Shown here: piece after piece, positions 1-14,880 of the stretch
Position numbering within the stretch: position 1 is the stretch's first letter
Layout of the letters: every line of letters begins with the position of its first letter
From: Eledone cirrhosa
Lineage: Eukaryota
Assembly (NCBI GenBank): GCA_964016885.1
Contig: OZ024747.1
Coordinates: 67,394,001-67,458,000 of the forward strand
Reading direction: 5' to 3'
DNA length: 64,000 bases
The notes under the pieces: model-generated
The model's input: only the letters and a program-made list of their open reading frames with translations
Database searches by the model: none
What the model was told of the DNA's origin: nothing
Made by a program: the position numbers and the translations under genes

Positions 1-466
1 AAAGCATCACCTAGCCAGGCTACATATTTAGTAAACCAATAAGAGTTTATATTGTGTTAAACCTAATTTATCATCACTTTAATCCAACATTGTGTTACTG
101 ACACAGTGAAAGTACATTACTTTCTTTATTGATCGCAGAGAAAAAATAATACAAGAAACTACATAGGTATGCTCCTGTATTATTATAAAGAGATTAGAAT
201 CAAGCAAATCACATGTCTTCTGTGAAAATATCTTATCCACTCATTTCTCCAAGCATCTAAGCACTTAACCCTTATGTTACCATATTTCTTATGAAAGACA
301 CTGCCTTTGATTTTTTATTTAATCTTGAAAATAATGAAGAATTTTTAGAGATTTAGTAATATAAGATATTTAGAACAGGTTTACAGTTTAACCCTTTCAT
401 TAAAGTATAGCTAATGAAAAGCAGTAGTTCTGATTTTCAAATAATTTTGAAAATAAGCGAAAATTT

Positions 467-638
467 TGATGATGATGATGATGATGATGTTGATGTTGGG
501 GATGATGATGATGATGACGATGACGACGACGACGACGACGACGACGAAGAAGAAGAAGAAGAAGAAGAAGAAGAAGAAGAAGAAGAAGAAGAAGAAGAAG
601 GAGTGTGGAGGAGCAGGAGGAGGAGGAGGAGGAGGAGG
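467..638. repeat. compound trinucleotide microsatellite (GAT/GAC/GAA/GGA)n
   Basis: Direct reading; produces homopolymeric ORFs in several frames. Confidence 0.95.
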
Positions 639-2226
639 TATTAAAAGTCCATGACATGGCAACTTACCCATCCAATAGTTGATTAAACAATTAAATGGCC
701 ATTTACCTAATTGCTAAAGTTCTTTCATCACATGTTCAACGACCTTATCAATGACATTTTGCCCTCTCTGTCATAACCTGGCCTCTATCCTACTTCATTT
801 TTTCCCTTTTAAAATACATTAGTTCATAGCCAAAAGAAAAAAATTGTTGGAGTATGCTAAAGGTTTCAAGCAGTTTCAAATGGTTTTGATTGGTTTAAGT
901 GGTTTGCTATCAAACGGGTTAAAAATAGGATATCTATGAAGTAATAAATACACAAGTCCTTAGCAGAAGACAAGCTAATGAATACTGAGTTTGTTATATC
1001 AGTGACCTTCAACCTTCAATAAAAACCAGATCATAATCCACAATCCTTCTAGTGATGAGGAGGATAAATGTTAATTCAGTAATGGCTAAATTACACTTTA
1101 ATCAGATTAACTAAACCCATCCTGCTGTCTGTCTCACATCACAACTTCTTTAATCCATTAATCTCATGCAGTCTGATTTTCAACAAATTTCACAACACTG
1201 CTCTATAAAAAGCTGCATTAACTCTATATTAATTATAAACACTGACTGTTTGTTTTCACTGAGAAAGCTAAACCGATTGTTGATCTTGTAAGTGTTAGCT
1301 TAGTACTAATTCTTTAATAACCTGCAGTGGAAAATACTTCCAGCATTGTTGTCGGCTGTCAGCTATCTTCATGACAGTCAAGCTGTTCTCCTTTTGCAGC
1401 CAAACAACATTTTACATCTCTGTATGCACACCAACACATCAGTTACATACAAAAGTTAGTTATATTATCAAATCCATCCAAATTCTTTATTATTTTTAGC
1501 ATGATTTGAAAATCATAGGCAGTGTCTTTCATTGGAAATATAGTAATGGAAGTACTACATTTCAATGATATATTAACTCCTAAAATCCGCTACTACAGAA
1601 ATGATATTGGGACCCCAAAAATTCAGTGCTTGAGCCTTTCGATCTACAGAAATGTTAAAAGAAGCTAGTGATGTCAAAACAAACATAATAATATATAGAC
1701 ACCCAAAAATTCCAGAAGTTCAGTCATATAGGGAGTCCACAGCTATTTCAGTGATATAGGGTCCACTAGAGTCAAGTAATTCAGTGATATAGGGGCCTTT
1801 AAAGGGTCCACTATTATCTCAGTGAGATAAGATTACTTAAGGGCAGTAGTTCAACTTTTTGTTCTATAGATGTACTACAAGAAGCTGATGTTGTCTCTGT
1901 AGGAGAGATAGTCTAACTGCACATAATTATAAAGATACCCCTAAGTGATAAAGATACCCCTAGTGATAAAGATACCCCTAGGTCCAGTATTTCACTGATA
2001 GTAGGGACCTTTAAAGTCCACTACTACCTCAGTGTTATATGGACCTTTTAAAGATCAGTAGTTCAACCTGTTGCTGAACATATGAGGATGTAAATAATAG
2101 GAGATGCCACATTTGTTTGTGCAGGAGAGGTAGTCAAACGAAACATAAACTCTTTGTGAAAGGGAATCAAGATGTAGGTCAAATTATGTCCAGACTTCAC
2201 TGGGTTTATTGATTTTGTTTAAAACT

Positions 2227-2278
2227 TACACACAAACACACACACTCATATTTTTACACACATATATATACATATATA

Positions 2279-2341
<63 letters not shown>

Positions 2342-2416
2342 GTTTATTTATATGTAATGTATTTATGTATCGATGTATACATATAGATACATATAGATCT
2401 ATGTATACATATAGAT

Positions 2417-2458
<42 letters not shown>

Positions 2459-2782
2459 GTGTATATATATACATATATATATATTTATATATATATACAC
2501 ATATGTATACATAGATACATACATACATTACATACAAATATACATACATACATACATACATAAATACATACATACATACATATATACTCACAGACACACA
2601 CACACACACACATATACATATATACACAAACATGCATCCATACATATATATACATACACACAGAAATGTATATATATACATATACATGCATACATATAAA
2701 TACACATACATCCATACATATACAGGCACATATATGCATACAAATACAGACATATAGATATACACACACACAGTCATATACA
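2227..2782. repeat. (TA)n/(CA)n/(TACA)n low-complexity tract
   Basis: Direct reading. Confidence 0.9.
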
Positions 2783-2859
2783 TAGCTGAAGCTGTAAGCT
2801 GTGTTCTACTTTGTTGTTTTGGCAATGCACCAACTGCAGTCACTACTGCACCATAATAT

Positions 2860-3123
2860 ACTGCACATCACTATCATCATCGTCATCAACATCCTCATCC
2901 TTATCCTCATCATCATCATCTTCATCATTATCGCCATCATCATCATCATAATAATAATCTTCCTCTTCCTCTTCCTCTTCCTCCTCCTCCTCCTCCTCCT
3001 CATCATCATCATCATCATCATCATCATCGTCGTTGTAGTCGTCGTTTTGGCCGTCATCGTCATAATCATCATTATCACAATCCTTTTCACAATCATCAAC
3101 AAGATAATAATCATCTCCTCCTT

Positions 3124-3175
<52 letters not shown>

Positions 3176-6100
3176 CCATCACCATCATCATTACCAACCC
3201 TACCACCAATACCTACACTCCCAACACCACCTAATGACAACACAACCAACACTGGCACTATCACCACTATCAATATCACTACCATCTTCTCCATCACCAC
3301 TACTACTACCACCAACAACATCAATAACACCACTATCACAACCATCACCATCATGAGCACTATCTCCACCATCATCATCATTACCATCATCTCCATTACC
3401 ACCTCCACCATCTACATAACCACCACCACTATCACTGCACAATCACCATCAACAACTATAATACCACCACTATCATGCCCAACAACAACACTACCAACAT
3501 CTCCATCACCACCACTAACAACAACAATAACACCACAACTATCACTACTATCACCAACAACACTTACATAACTATGACCACCTCCAACACCTACTACATA
3601 ACTACCACTACACTACCATCAACAATACCACTATGACCACCCCAACTATCACTATCATAACCACTACCAATAACGACACTCCAACTGCCACCAACACAAT
3701 CACCACCACTATCACCACCACCCCCACTATCACCACCACAATCACTACCACCACCACTACCACCAACACCACCACCACCACTATCACCACCACCCCCACT
3801 ATCACCACCACAATCACTACCACCACCACTACCACCAACACCATCGCCAACACAATCACCACCACCACCACTATCACCAACACAATCACTACCACCACCA
3901 CTACCACCAACACCACCACCAACACAATCACCACCACCCCCACTATCACCAACACAATCACTACCACCACCACTACCACCAACACCACCACCAACACAAT
4001 CACCACCGCCACCACTATCACCAACACAATCACTACTACCACCACTACCACCAACACCATCACCAACACAATCACCACCACCCCCACTATCACCAACACA
4101 ATCACTACCACCACCACTACCACCAACACCATCGCCAACACAATCACCACCACCACCACTATCACCAACACAATCACTACCACCACCACTACCACCAACA
4201 CCACCACCAACACAATCACCACCACCCCCACTATCACCAACACAATCACTACCACCACCACTACCACCAACACCACCACCAACACAATCACCACCGCCAC
4301 CACTATCACCAACACAATCACTACTACCACCACTACCACCAACACCACCACAACCACTATCACCACCACCCCCACTATCACCAACACAATCACTACACCA
4401 CCACTACCACCAACACCACCACCAACACAATCACCACCACCCCCACTATCACCAACACAATCACTACCACCACCACTACCACCAACACCCCCACCAACAC
4501 AATCACCACCACCACCACTACCACCAACACCACCACCAACACAATCACCACCGCCACCACTATCACCAACACAATCACTACTACCACCACTACCACCAAC
4601 ACCACCACAACCACTATCACCACCACCCCCACTATCACCAACACAATCACTACACCACCACTACCACCAACACCACCACCAACACAATCACCACCACCCC
4701 CACTATCACCAACACAATCACTACCACCACCACTACCACCAACACCCCCACCAACACAATCACCACCACCACCACTACCACCAACACCACCACCAACACA
4801 ATCACCACTGCCACCACTATCACCAACACAATCACTACCACCACCACTACCACCAACACCCCCACCAACACAATCACCACCACCACCACTACCACCAACA
4901 CCACCACCAACACAATCACCACTGCCACCACTATCACCAACACAATCACTACCACCACCACTACCACCAACACCCCCACCAACACAATCACTACCACCAC
5001 CACTACCACCAACACCACCACCAACACAATCACCACCGCCACCACTATCACCAACACAATCACTACTACCACCACTACCACCAACACCATCACCAACACA
5101 ATCACCACCACCCCCACTATCACCAACACAATCACTACCACCACCACTACCACCAACACCACCACCAACACAATCACCACCACCACTACTATCACCAACA
5201 CAATCACTACCACCACCACTACCACCAACACCACCACCAACACAATCACCACCACCCCCACTATCACCAACACAATCACTACCACCACCACTACCACCAA
5301 CACCCCCACCAACACAATCACCACCGCCACCACTATCACCAACACAATCACTACTACCACCACTACCACCAACACCATCACCAACACAATCACCACCACC
5401 CCCACTATCACCAACACAATCACTACTACCACCACTACCACCAACACCACCACCAACACAATCACCACCACCACCACTATCACCAACACAATCACTACCA
5501 CCACCACTACCACCAACACCATCACCAACACAATCACCACCGCCACCACTATCACCAACACAATCACTACCACCACCACTACCACCAACACCACCACCAA
5601 CACAATCACCACCACCACCACTATCACCAACACAATCACTACTACCACCACTACCACCAACACCATCACCAACACAATCACCACCGCCACCACTATCACC
5701 AACATAATCACTACCACCACCACTACCACCAACACCACCACCAACACAATCACCACCGCCACCACTATCACCAACATAATCACTACCACCACCACTACCA
5801 CCAACACCACCACCAACACAATCACCACCGCCACCACTATCACCAACACAGTCACTACCACCACCACTACTACCAACACCACCACCAACACAGTCAACAA
5901 CAAAAACAACTGAAAGTCCAATACCACCATTATCAATACCAAAAAAGTACACCACTATCAATGCCCCACAAACACTAATAACAACAACAAGAACAACAAT
6001 ACTAAAACCAACAAAACCACCATTAACATCATCACCAACAACAATGGCAACCCCCCTCCCCCCATGAACAACAACAATACTAGCACCACTAGTAATACCA

Positions 6101-6655
6101 TCAACACCTCCAACACCAACACCACCACCACCACCACCACCACCACTACCACTAACACCAACACCAACAACAACAGCACCAACACCACTGCCACCAACAC
6201 CAACACCACCACCACCAACACCACTAACACCAACACCAACAACAACAGCACCAACACCACTGCCACCAACACCAACACCACCACCACCAACACCACTAAC
6301 ACCAACACCAACAACAACAGCACCAACACCACTGCCACCAACACCAACACCACCACCACCAACACCACTAACACCAACACCAACAACAACAGCACCAACA
6401 CCACTGCCACCAACACCAACACCACCACCACCAACACCACTAACACCAACACCAACAACAACAGCACCAACACCACTGCCACCAACACCAACACCACCAC
6501 CACCAACACCACTAACACCAACACCAACAACAACAGCACCAACACCACTGCCACCAACACCAACACCACCACCACCAACACCACTAACACCAACACCAAC
6601 AACAACAGCACCAACACCACTGCCACCACCAACTCCAACAACAACAGCAACACCC
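2860..6655. repeat. CAT/CAC/AAC-rich low-complexity region with two 72-bp-period minisatellites (~3700-5890 and ~6150-6630)
   Basis: 'cccccact' recurs at 3721/3793 and 'aacaccactg' at 6181/6253 (72-bp spacing). The long ORF switches from Thr- to Pro- to His-rich through indels, which argues against coding. Confidence 0.9.
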
Positions 6656-7369
6656 ATCTCAAAAATGCCTTGTTCCTTTAATTCAAAAAGCAAACCTTTG
6701 ATTTACAATAAAATTAACACATTCTGTTTTCCAAATAGTTTCTGTCTTCTCAGTTCCACTCACAAGACATGGATCAACATAATACTAAGATTCCACAAAG
6801 TAGGATCAAACCTGGGACCTAATAATTGTGAAGTGAGCCCTTTAACTATTCATCTATGCTGTATCCATGAAGCTAAATAGTAGAGAACTAAGCAATGACA
6901 TTGTGAAACTTTTCTTGTTTGTTTATTGTTGTTATCCTCCATGAGGGAGTCAATGATACTACATGAAGATATGCATCTTGTCCAGGAATGCAAGTCTTAC
7001 AACATAGATACGTTATTGCTATGATACAATGATGAAGACAAGCCATAGTTATTAATTTATTTGTTGCCCCCAGTTCATTGAACAACATATCATCATCATC
7101 ATCATCAATATAATCATCATCATTGTCATTTTATGTCTATTTTCCAGGCTTGCATGGGTTAGATGGGTTGTCATATTCAAAGATTAGACATAGTTTCTAT
7201 GAGTGGATGCCCTTCCTAATGCTAAACGCTTCATGGTGTGCACCAGCACTATCCCTTTTACAGAGTGTACCAGGTGCATTTTATCATGGCACTCCACTAC
7301 CACTTGATTGGGTAGACTATGTAATTGTTATGGCACTAGCACTATGTTGCTACATACTGTACCCTTAGG

Positions 7370-7930
7370 AAGGTTTGTCTTCTGCCATACTGCATAACGC
7401 CAGGGATCTCGATCCTGTATCATTGCCTTTGTGAGGTGAAATTGCATGAGGTCAGCTTTTAACACCTCATCCCAAACTTTCCTATGTCTGCCTCTTCCAT
7501 AGCTTCCATCAACTTTGAATGCCCTGCACCTTTTATGCAGCTGTCATACTTCATATGCATCACATGTCCATACCACCACGATATCCTCTCCTGCATATTA
7601 TATCTTATCCCTCTTATACCCAGTTTCTCTCTCAGTTCATTTACACTATGCAGTTCATGTATATTACTATTACACATCCATTGGAGCATACAAGCTTCAT
7701 TTCTTTCCAATCTAAATAGGTCCTCTACACACAGCACCCAAGTCTCACTACTAAGCAGCATTGCTGTTCACAAACATGCCTCATACAATCTGCCCTTCAT
7801 TTTGAGAGAAAAGCCTTTTGTAGCTAGCAGCACTAGTAGCTCCCTGAACTTTTTCCATTCCATTCTCACTTTGGCTATTATACTTCCACTATTAATTTAG
7901 TCTCCCAAGCAACAGAAACTGTCAACTGCT
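7370..7930 (-). mobile_element. degenerate RTE LINE 3' fragment
   Basis: ORF 7459-7761 (SETWVLCVEDLFRLERNEACMLQWMCN...WYGHVMHM) matches the C-terminus of the RTE ORF at 33664-34062. Confidence 0.85.
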
Positions 7931-8015
7931 TCTATATGTGTGTTTGTGTGTGTGTGTGTACTATTATTGTAATATAGTGATACTGCTTTTTCATCTTTTT
8001 GACTTGTATTATATG

Positions 8016-8110
8016 TTAACTTTGCCTTTCATCCTTACGGGTCGATAAAATAAAGTACCAGTAATGTATTGGGTAATTGCTGGTCTGGTGCCAAAAGTAG
8101 AAACAATTAT
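8016..8110 (+). mobile_element. SINE 3' fragment (family also at 40422, 57327)
   Basis: gttaactttgcctttcatccttacg..gtcgataaaataaagtaccagtaat...gccaaaagtagaaacaattat is shared among copies. Confidence 0.7.
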
Positions 8111-8136
8111 ATACATATACTTTTGATCAAACTATG

Positions 8137-8198
<62 letters not shown>

Positions 8199-8410
8199 AA
8201 CATATATATATATATATATATACATATATGTGTGTATATATATATGGTGTCCCTCCTTTACCAATTTTGGTTAATGACTGGGAGAATTAAATAAATAACC
8301 AATTAATCAGAGCTATATAACAATTATAAGTGTGAAGAGAAAATAGACAAAAATATACCTAATTCTTTTTAGGTATATTCGGTTTATTTTCTCTTCATAT
8401 TTATAATTGT

Positions 8411-8461
<51 letters not shown>

Positions 8462-10212
8462 TATATATATACATATACAATATTATATTATATATATATA
8501 TATATATACAATATTATATTATATATATATATATATATATATACTTTATATATCATCACCATCCTTTAATGTCCAATTTACCTGTCAATATATATATTGA
8601 TAGCTTCAACATAATAATAAGCAGCCACAGAACTCTTTTCTCACTAATTTAGAGATATATTGAATTTTGATTAGTAAAGCAAGATGAGAAGAAAAATGCA
8701 CTTACCATAAATGGGGATCTGTTAAAATCCATTCCATTCTCACTTCTCCCAACACAAATCAATTAAATTATGTTTATTGAAATGCTGGTTCAATACAGTG
8801 TTTTGTGAAAGAATAAGTTGTTGAAGTAGCCACACTAGCTTCTTGGTTTAAACTACTCTTTGTGGTGTGATCACAGTATTAGTACGGCACACAAGTAAAT
8901 GTAAAGTTAATCTAGGAAAATACTTGTTAACCCTTTTGATATCAACATGCTGGTAACCACCCTTGGTTCTACAATATCAAGCTGTTTCTTTTAAAGTATC
9001 TATATTTATCAAAAAATCTTCCACCATAATTTTTTGTAATAATCTTTAAGTTGTTTCAAACACCAGCTTAATAGTGAAAAAGTTAGTAGATTCTTCAAAA
9101 ATGATTTGAATATTATAGGCAGTGTCTTTCATTAGAAATATGGTAATGTTTAATGCCCAGTTGAGCAAGGGAAATACTAGTGAATACCCCATTAATATCT
9201 TGAGCAGGAGAAATACTGTAAATTCAAAGGCCAAACTTGTCACATACTGTGCTTCACTGATTCTACCTGGGAATATACATTAAAAGTACTTGTCTGTGGA
9301 ATACTCAACCATTTTCACTGTGCCTGTAATTCAAAAGGCTGGTGTTGTCACACACATATTGTCTCATGCTGGTCCTGCCTGTGAATTGTGTTACAAGCCC
9401 ATGTGTCTGTGAAATATTCAACCATTTACATATTAATTCACAAGTCAGATGTAGAGTTGATCAAATGACTGAATGTTCATCATCAAAACCATCATGGTAA
9501 CTTTCCATAGAGAATGGTAAACTGAAAATATATTAATTGTTAATTCAAATGATTATGGTATCTTTATTACTGGATAGATCATTATGAAAGTTTGCAGTAT
9601 TAGTTTTCAAGAATGTCTCATGAATTTGGTTTCATGTGTTAGAGGATGTCAAGACTTAATTTAAATAGGAGCACTTTAAAATTAGTGGTTTTGTTTCATA
9701 AAATAGAGCTGGTTTTGACAAGGTTGGTATCAAAAGGGTTGAGTTCTTTGCAGAATTCAAGTTGGTCACTAACAAAATGACAAGGCTTGTTTTATTTGAG
9801 TGAGGATGGTTCCTAATATTTGTGAATATGTAAGTGGATTAGTGTGTATAGATATATGCAGATGTAGGATATGTGAGTATAACTGCACTCATATAATTGT
9901 CTCTACTTTTGGCATTACTGGTACTTTATTTTATCGACCCCGTAAGGATGAAAGGCAAAGTCAACCTCGGCGGGATTTGAACTCAGATCGTAAAGGGATG
10001 TAATGGCTTTTGATTAAATTGATCCCAGTGTATGACTAGACATTGTTTTATTGACTCATTAAGGATGAAAGGCAAAGCTAACCTTGGTAGGATTTTAATT
10101 CAGAGCTTCACTCTGATAATAACACCAAATTTCATGAGTCATCTCCAGATCAAGTATATTCTATATTCTCTGTTTGTGTTTGCCATAATTCCTTTTATTG
10201 ATTAACTAATTA

Positions 10213-10286
10213 TGCAATTCGCACCTGATGACGTCACCAAGGGATGACGTAACTTGGCCATTGAAATGTGTATAGTGCTTTTTGCA
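10213..10286 (+). ncRNA. type I hammerhead ribozyme-like motif (solitary, possibly decayed)
   Basis: gcac-CTGATGA(10225)...GAAA(10263)-tgtgta-TA-gtgc; stem I gcac/gtgc extended by tgcaa/ttgca; stem II irregular. Confidence 0.5.
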
Positions 10287-10428
10287 ACATTAAAACGTTA
10301 AAAGGATATTTCTAGTCCAGCCCTCTATTGTTTTAAATAAATATAACCCATGCTAGCATAGAAAAATGGGTGTTAAATGGTGATGATGATGATGGATGAT
10401 ATATAAATATATACATATAAATATACAT

Positions 10429-10537
<109 letters not shown>

Positions 10538-10672
10538 TGAAATCGAAAATGCAACTGAAGTCTTATTTTTTTTTTTTTAAATATATATATTTATTTGGTT
10601 CCTTTACCGGTTTCGCAGTTCTTCTGCTTTTCAAAAGGTGAGTTGAGATGGAGGGTCTATATATATATATAT

Positions 10673-12419
10673 GACCTCGATGAAATGCAGTTCGGGTTTG
10701 TGTCAGGCAAAAGTACCACAGACGCTCTTTTCATTGTACGACAACTACAGGAGCAGTACCTAGCTAAAAGTAAACTCCTATACTTAGCTTTTGTCGACTT
10801 GGAGAAAGCCTTCGACAGAGTCCCCCGTTCCATTATCTGGTGGGCTCTTAGAAAACTAGGTGTTGACGAATGGCTTGTGAGAGCTATACAAGCCATGTAT
10901 AAAGAAACAGTCAGCAAGGTTAGAATTAACAACGAATATAGTGAAGAATTTAGCGTAAAAGTTGGCGTCCATCAGGGCTCTGTTCTCAGCCCCCTACTAT
11001 TTATTATTGCCCTTCAGGCTATAACAGAGGAGTTCAAGACCGGCTGCCCATGGGAACTCCTATACGCAGATGACCTAACACTCATAGCTGAATCAATGGC
11101 CGAGCTAGAGAAGAAATTCCAAACATGGAAGCATGGCCTAGAATCAAAAGGCCTTAAAATTAACCTGGCTAAGACCAAAGTTCTAGTTTGTAGGAAAGAA
11201 AATAAGGCGGCGGTCCCTTCCGGGAAGTGGCCATGCTCAGTGTGTAGGAAAGGCATAGGTAGAAACTCCATTTTGTGTCCGAAATGCAAAGTATGGGTGC
11301 ATAAAAGATGTAGTGGGATCACAGGTAAGCTAACTAAGAACATAGATTTCACATGTGGCCAGTGTTCTGGTGCAATAAGTAGCAGCAAGTGCCCACAAAA
11401 TACTAGCTCTTTCAACTGCGCAGAGGGCTCTATAGAAATAGTGGACAGCTTCCGTTACCTGGGTGACAAAATTAGCAGTGGGGGAGGGTGCTCTGAAAGT
11501 ACAGTAGCTAGAGTCAGAACTGGATGGAAAAAGTTCAGAGAGCTTATACCACTATTAGCCGCTAAAGGGTTCTCCCTAAAAATGAAAGGCAGGTTGTATG
11601 ATGCCTGCATACGAATAGCAATGTTGCATGGCAGTGAGACCTGGGCATTGTGTGCAGAGGATATACGCAGACTAGAGAGGAACGAAGCTTGCATGCTCCG
11701 CTGGATGTGTAATAGTAATATCCGTGAACGGCAAAGCATAAACAGACTAAGGAAAAAATTAGAAATAAGAGGGATCAGATGTTGTTTACTCGAGAGAAGA
11801 CTACGTTGGTATGGACACGTGATGCACATGAAAGACGATAGCTGTATAACAAAGTGCAGGGCAATAAAGATAGACGGTAGCCACGGAATAGGCAGACCCA
11901 GAAAAACCTGGGACGAGCTGATAAATTCCGACCTCACACACTTACATCTCTCCAAGACAATATCACTGGACCGAGACCTTTGGCGGTACTCAGTAATAGA
12001 GAAGACCCGCCTTACCTAAATACATAGTAAAACCTACTACAGTCAGTAGGCATCTCTAACAAAATACCCCCCCCCCCCCGTCCCACAACCCCCACCCTAT
12101 CCACACCGCCCCCTTCTATGTAAAGTTATGTTGGTGCCACACCATCCAGGCCGAAACAAATGAGATCGTGTAGGTGTCACGACAAAAAAACACACAGTCC
12201 ACGCTGTAATGTGGCCGTGTAAGCAACACGGTAAAAACCTCCCAGACCCACACTGTAAATGTGGTTGGTGTTAGGAAGGGCATCCAGCTGTAGAAAACCC
12301 GCCAGACAGTCCTATGCGAGCAAGACAATCACTCTTGCCTCAAGTGGGAAAACCCCCGTCCAAACCCATGCAAGCGTGGAACACGGACGTTAAACGTTGA
12401 TGATGATGATGATGATGAT
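10673..12419 (+). mobile_element. 5'-truncated RTE-clade LINE (RT with YADD, PHD finger, 3' UTR, (GAT)n tail)
   Basis: ORF to 12019 with QFGF..., FVDLEKAFD, GVHQGSVLSP and LYADD motifs; (GAT)n tail; both ends abut (TA)n. Confidence 0.95.
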
Positions 12420-12799
12420 ATATATAGTTAGAGAGAGAGAGAATTACAAAAGAGAAGATATTTGTGTGTCTAGTGTGAGTCTACATATGTATACAGGGGA
12501 ATGTGGATGTTTCTGTATGTGTCAAAATGTGTGTGTCTTTCTATATGTGTGTATATATGCATTCCTAATGAAAACTGATTTCTTTAATATAGCAATCGAA
12601 GTGAATAACTACTTTGTTCAGAATTGTGTAGGTCAGGTAATAAAAGGTGTGCAATTGTTTATAATCTCATTGTTATATCACAATAGCCATTCTGTCACCA
12701 GAACAAAGAGTTATATTACTGCTTTATCATCAGCTGTTTTCCACATTAGCAGATCAGGTGTCCATGTTTTGCTGATACACATTTGGTATGATTGCTATG

Positions 12800-13105
12800 C
12801 CTAGATGCCCTTCTTAATGTCAACCACTTTACAGAGTGTACTTGGTGCATTTTATCATGGTACTAGCACCAGACTTTTACAGTGTACTGGGTGCATTTTA
12901 TTGTGGCACCAGCACGAGCACTTTACAGAGTATACTGGGTACATTTTATTGTAACACTAGCATTACGACTTTACAGGGTGTACTGGGTACATTTTATTGT
13001 GGCACCAGCACTACCATTTTACAGAATGTACTAAGTGTATTTTACTGGGGCACCAGCACTACTACGTTAGAAAGTATACTGGGTACATTTTATTGCAGCA
13101 CCAGT
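12800..13105 (-). repeat. ~45-bp tandem units derived from an RTE-type 3' UTR
   Basis: About 6 copies of ctttacagagtgtactgggtgcattttattgtggcaccagcac after 'gatgcccttc', the reverse complement of the RTE 3' UTR segment. Confidence 0.6.
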
Positions 13106-13739
13106 ATTTCAAATCTTTTCATTACTAATAAAAGACACTGCCTATGATTTTCTAATCATTTTGAAAATAATCAAGAATTAAGAAGGATTTATTAATATAA
13201 AGTGTTTGGAACATAATAAATTTTCTTACATAAAATTATAATGGAAGGATTTTAGCTGAATATAAAGACTTTAAATTAATCAGTCATGCATTATAGATCA
13301 AGGGTTGGTTTTAGGGGATTTGGTATCAAAAGGGTTAATCATTCCTTAGGTTTATCTTTGCACTTGTTTGTGAAGCTATTGGCTAATTTTTGTCGATAAA
13401 TTACCATTTATGTGATATATAGTGGGAACTGTGAATGTGATCAATATATTGATTTAGTGATTACTGAGATTAACTTCACAATCACGAGGACCTGGGTTTG
13501 ATCCCACTGCATGATATCTTAGAAAAGCCTTAGGTTGACCTAAGCCTTGTGTGGAAATTTTATCATGCTGGGAATTACATTAAGGGTACACATGTCAGTG
13601 GAATGTTCAGGCACTCACACATTAATTTCGCAAGTCAGCCATTCCTTTGACCAAGCATCTTCAATTGCTCATCATTGAAACTGACTGAGGTCCATTGCTG
13701 AAATATATAAATATATAAATATATATATATATATATATT

Positions 13740-13999
13740 AGGTCGTGTAGGTGTCACGACAAAAAAAACACACAGTCCACGCTGTAATGTGGCCGTGTAG
13801 GTAACACGGTAAAAACCTCCCAGTCCACACTGTAAATGTGGTTGGTGTTAGGAAGGGCATCCAGCCGTAGAAAACCCGCCAGACAGTCCTATGCGAGCGA
13901 GACAACCACTCTTGCCTCAAGTGGGAAAACTCCCGTCCAAACCCATGCAAGCGTGGAAGATGGACGTTAAACGATGATGATGATGATGATGATGATGAT
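13740..13999 (+). mobile_element. RTE 3'-UTR-only copy with (GAT)n tail
   Basis: Near-identical to 12165-12419 and 34187-34437. Confidence 0.9.
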
Positions 14000-14140
14000 A
14001 GGTTATGCAAGAAATGCTTAGGATTATCCTGAATGCAGTAATGGTTAATAGGATAACTAGGCTGTATAACCACCGTGGAAACATTTGTAAGCACACGGAA
14101 TAAATTATCTTTTTATGATGTCTACCTGTTATTATTCATT

Positions 14141-14203
<63 letters not shown>

Positions 14204-14880
14204 CAGCACCAGTGTTTTAATATCAATGTTTCCATGCTGGCATGGATTGAAAGTATTAACGAACAATCATGGAAGTATTTTTTTTAAATAAATAGATGTT
14301 TTTTTTTTTTATTTCATCAACGTGTAGTTAATCTACATAAAAAGGTTCACAACCCATTTTGGCCAAACGCCCCCTTTTGCCCCTCGAAATCACGAAACGC
14401 CCCCCTATTTTTCCATTTTTCAATATACTACTGATTTTGATATCAGTAGATTACTGGGCCAAATCAAGTTATCTTAGATTCTTTAAAAAATACTCGTACA
14501 AATTAAATAGAAAAAGTTTCAGTCCAAAACAAAAGCAAGCTATTTCAAATTATATATTTTTGAAATAAAAAAAAACATTTGATCTCAGTCGAAAAAGCTT
14601 TATTTTTTTTAAATTCTATATTTCACTGTTAGCTGTTGTAATATTTTGAGTGGATAGACAATTGACACTGCAAAGTCAAAATACAAAAGATGCAAAATAT
14701 GAAAAATTTCTTACATTTCTCTGAAATCACAAACTCAGGGGAAAAATAGTACCTTTAAAATAATATACCTCGTAGCAAAATAAGTAGTAAGGAATGAATT
14801 GAGAAGCTTTGTGACTGAGAAAGCAATATTTTTATCCCTTATATATAAACATAGATAGACACACACACACACATATATAT

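Noticed and set aside
1700-2150. Degenerate local duplication with a short gataaagataccccta triplet
   Set aside because: Ordinary decayed tandem duplication; no structure or coding signal.
2209-2843. YI/CV-repeat ORFs (also at 34921-35499, 47361-49664 and elsewhere)
   Set aside because: Translations of dinucleotide repeats and minisatellites.
3633-6693. Long Thr/Pro/His-rich and Gly/Val-rich ORFs resembling mucins or structural proteins
   Set aside because: Open in multiple frames on both strands and composition shifts at indels; this is an artefact of stop-free trinucleotide repeats.
8706-8911. Candidate minus-strand exon (ttttcctag acceptor, ATG|gtaagt donor)
   Set aside because: Stops in all three frames and no convincing partner exon; could be a UTR exon but is unsupported.
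10595-12019. 474-aa ORF as a host or domesticated RT gene
   Set aside because: The N-terminus is flanking DNA plus (TA)n read-through; the rest is a 5'-truncated RTE near-identical to other copies.
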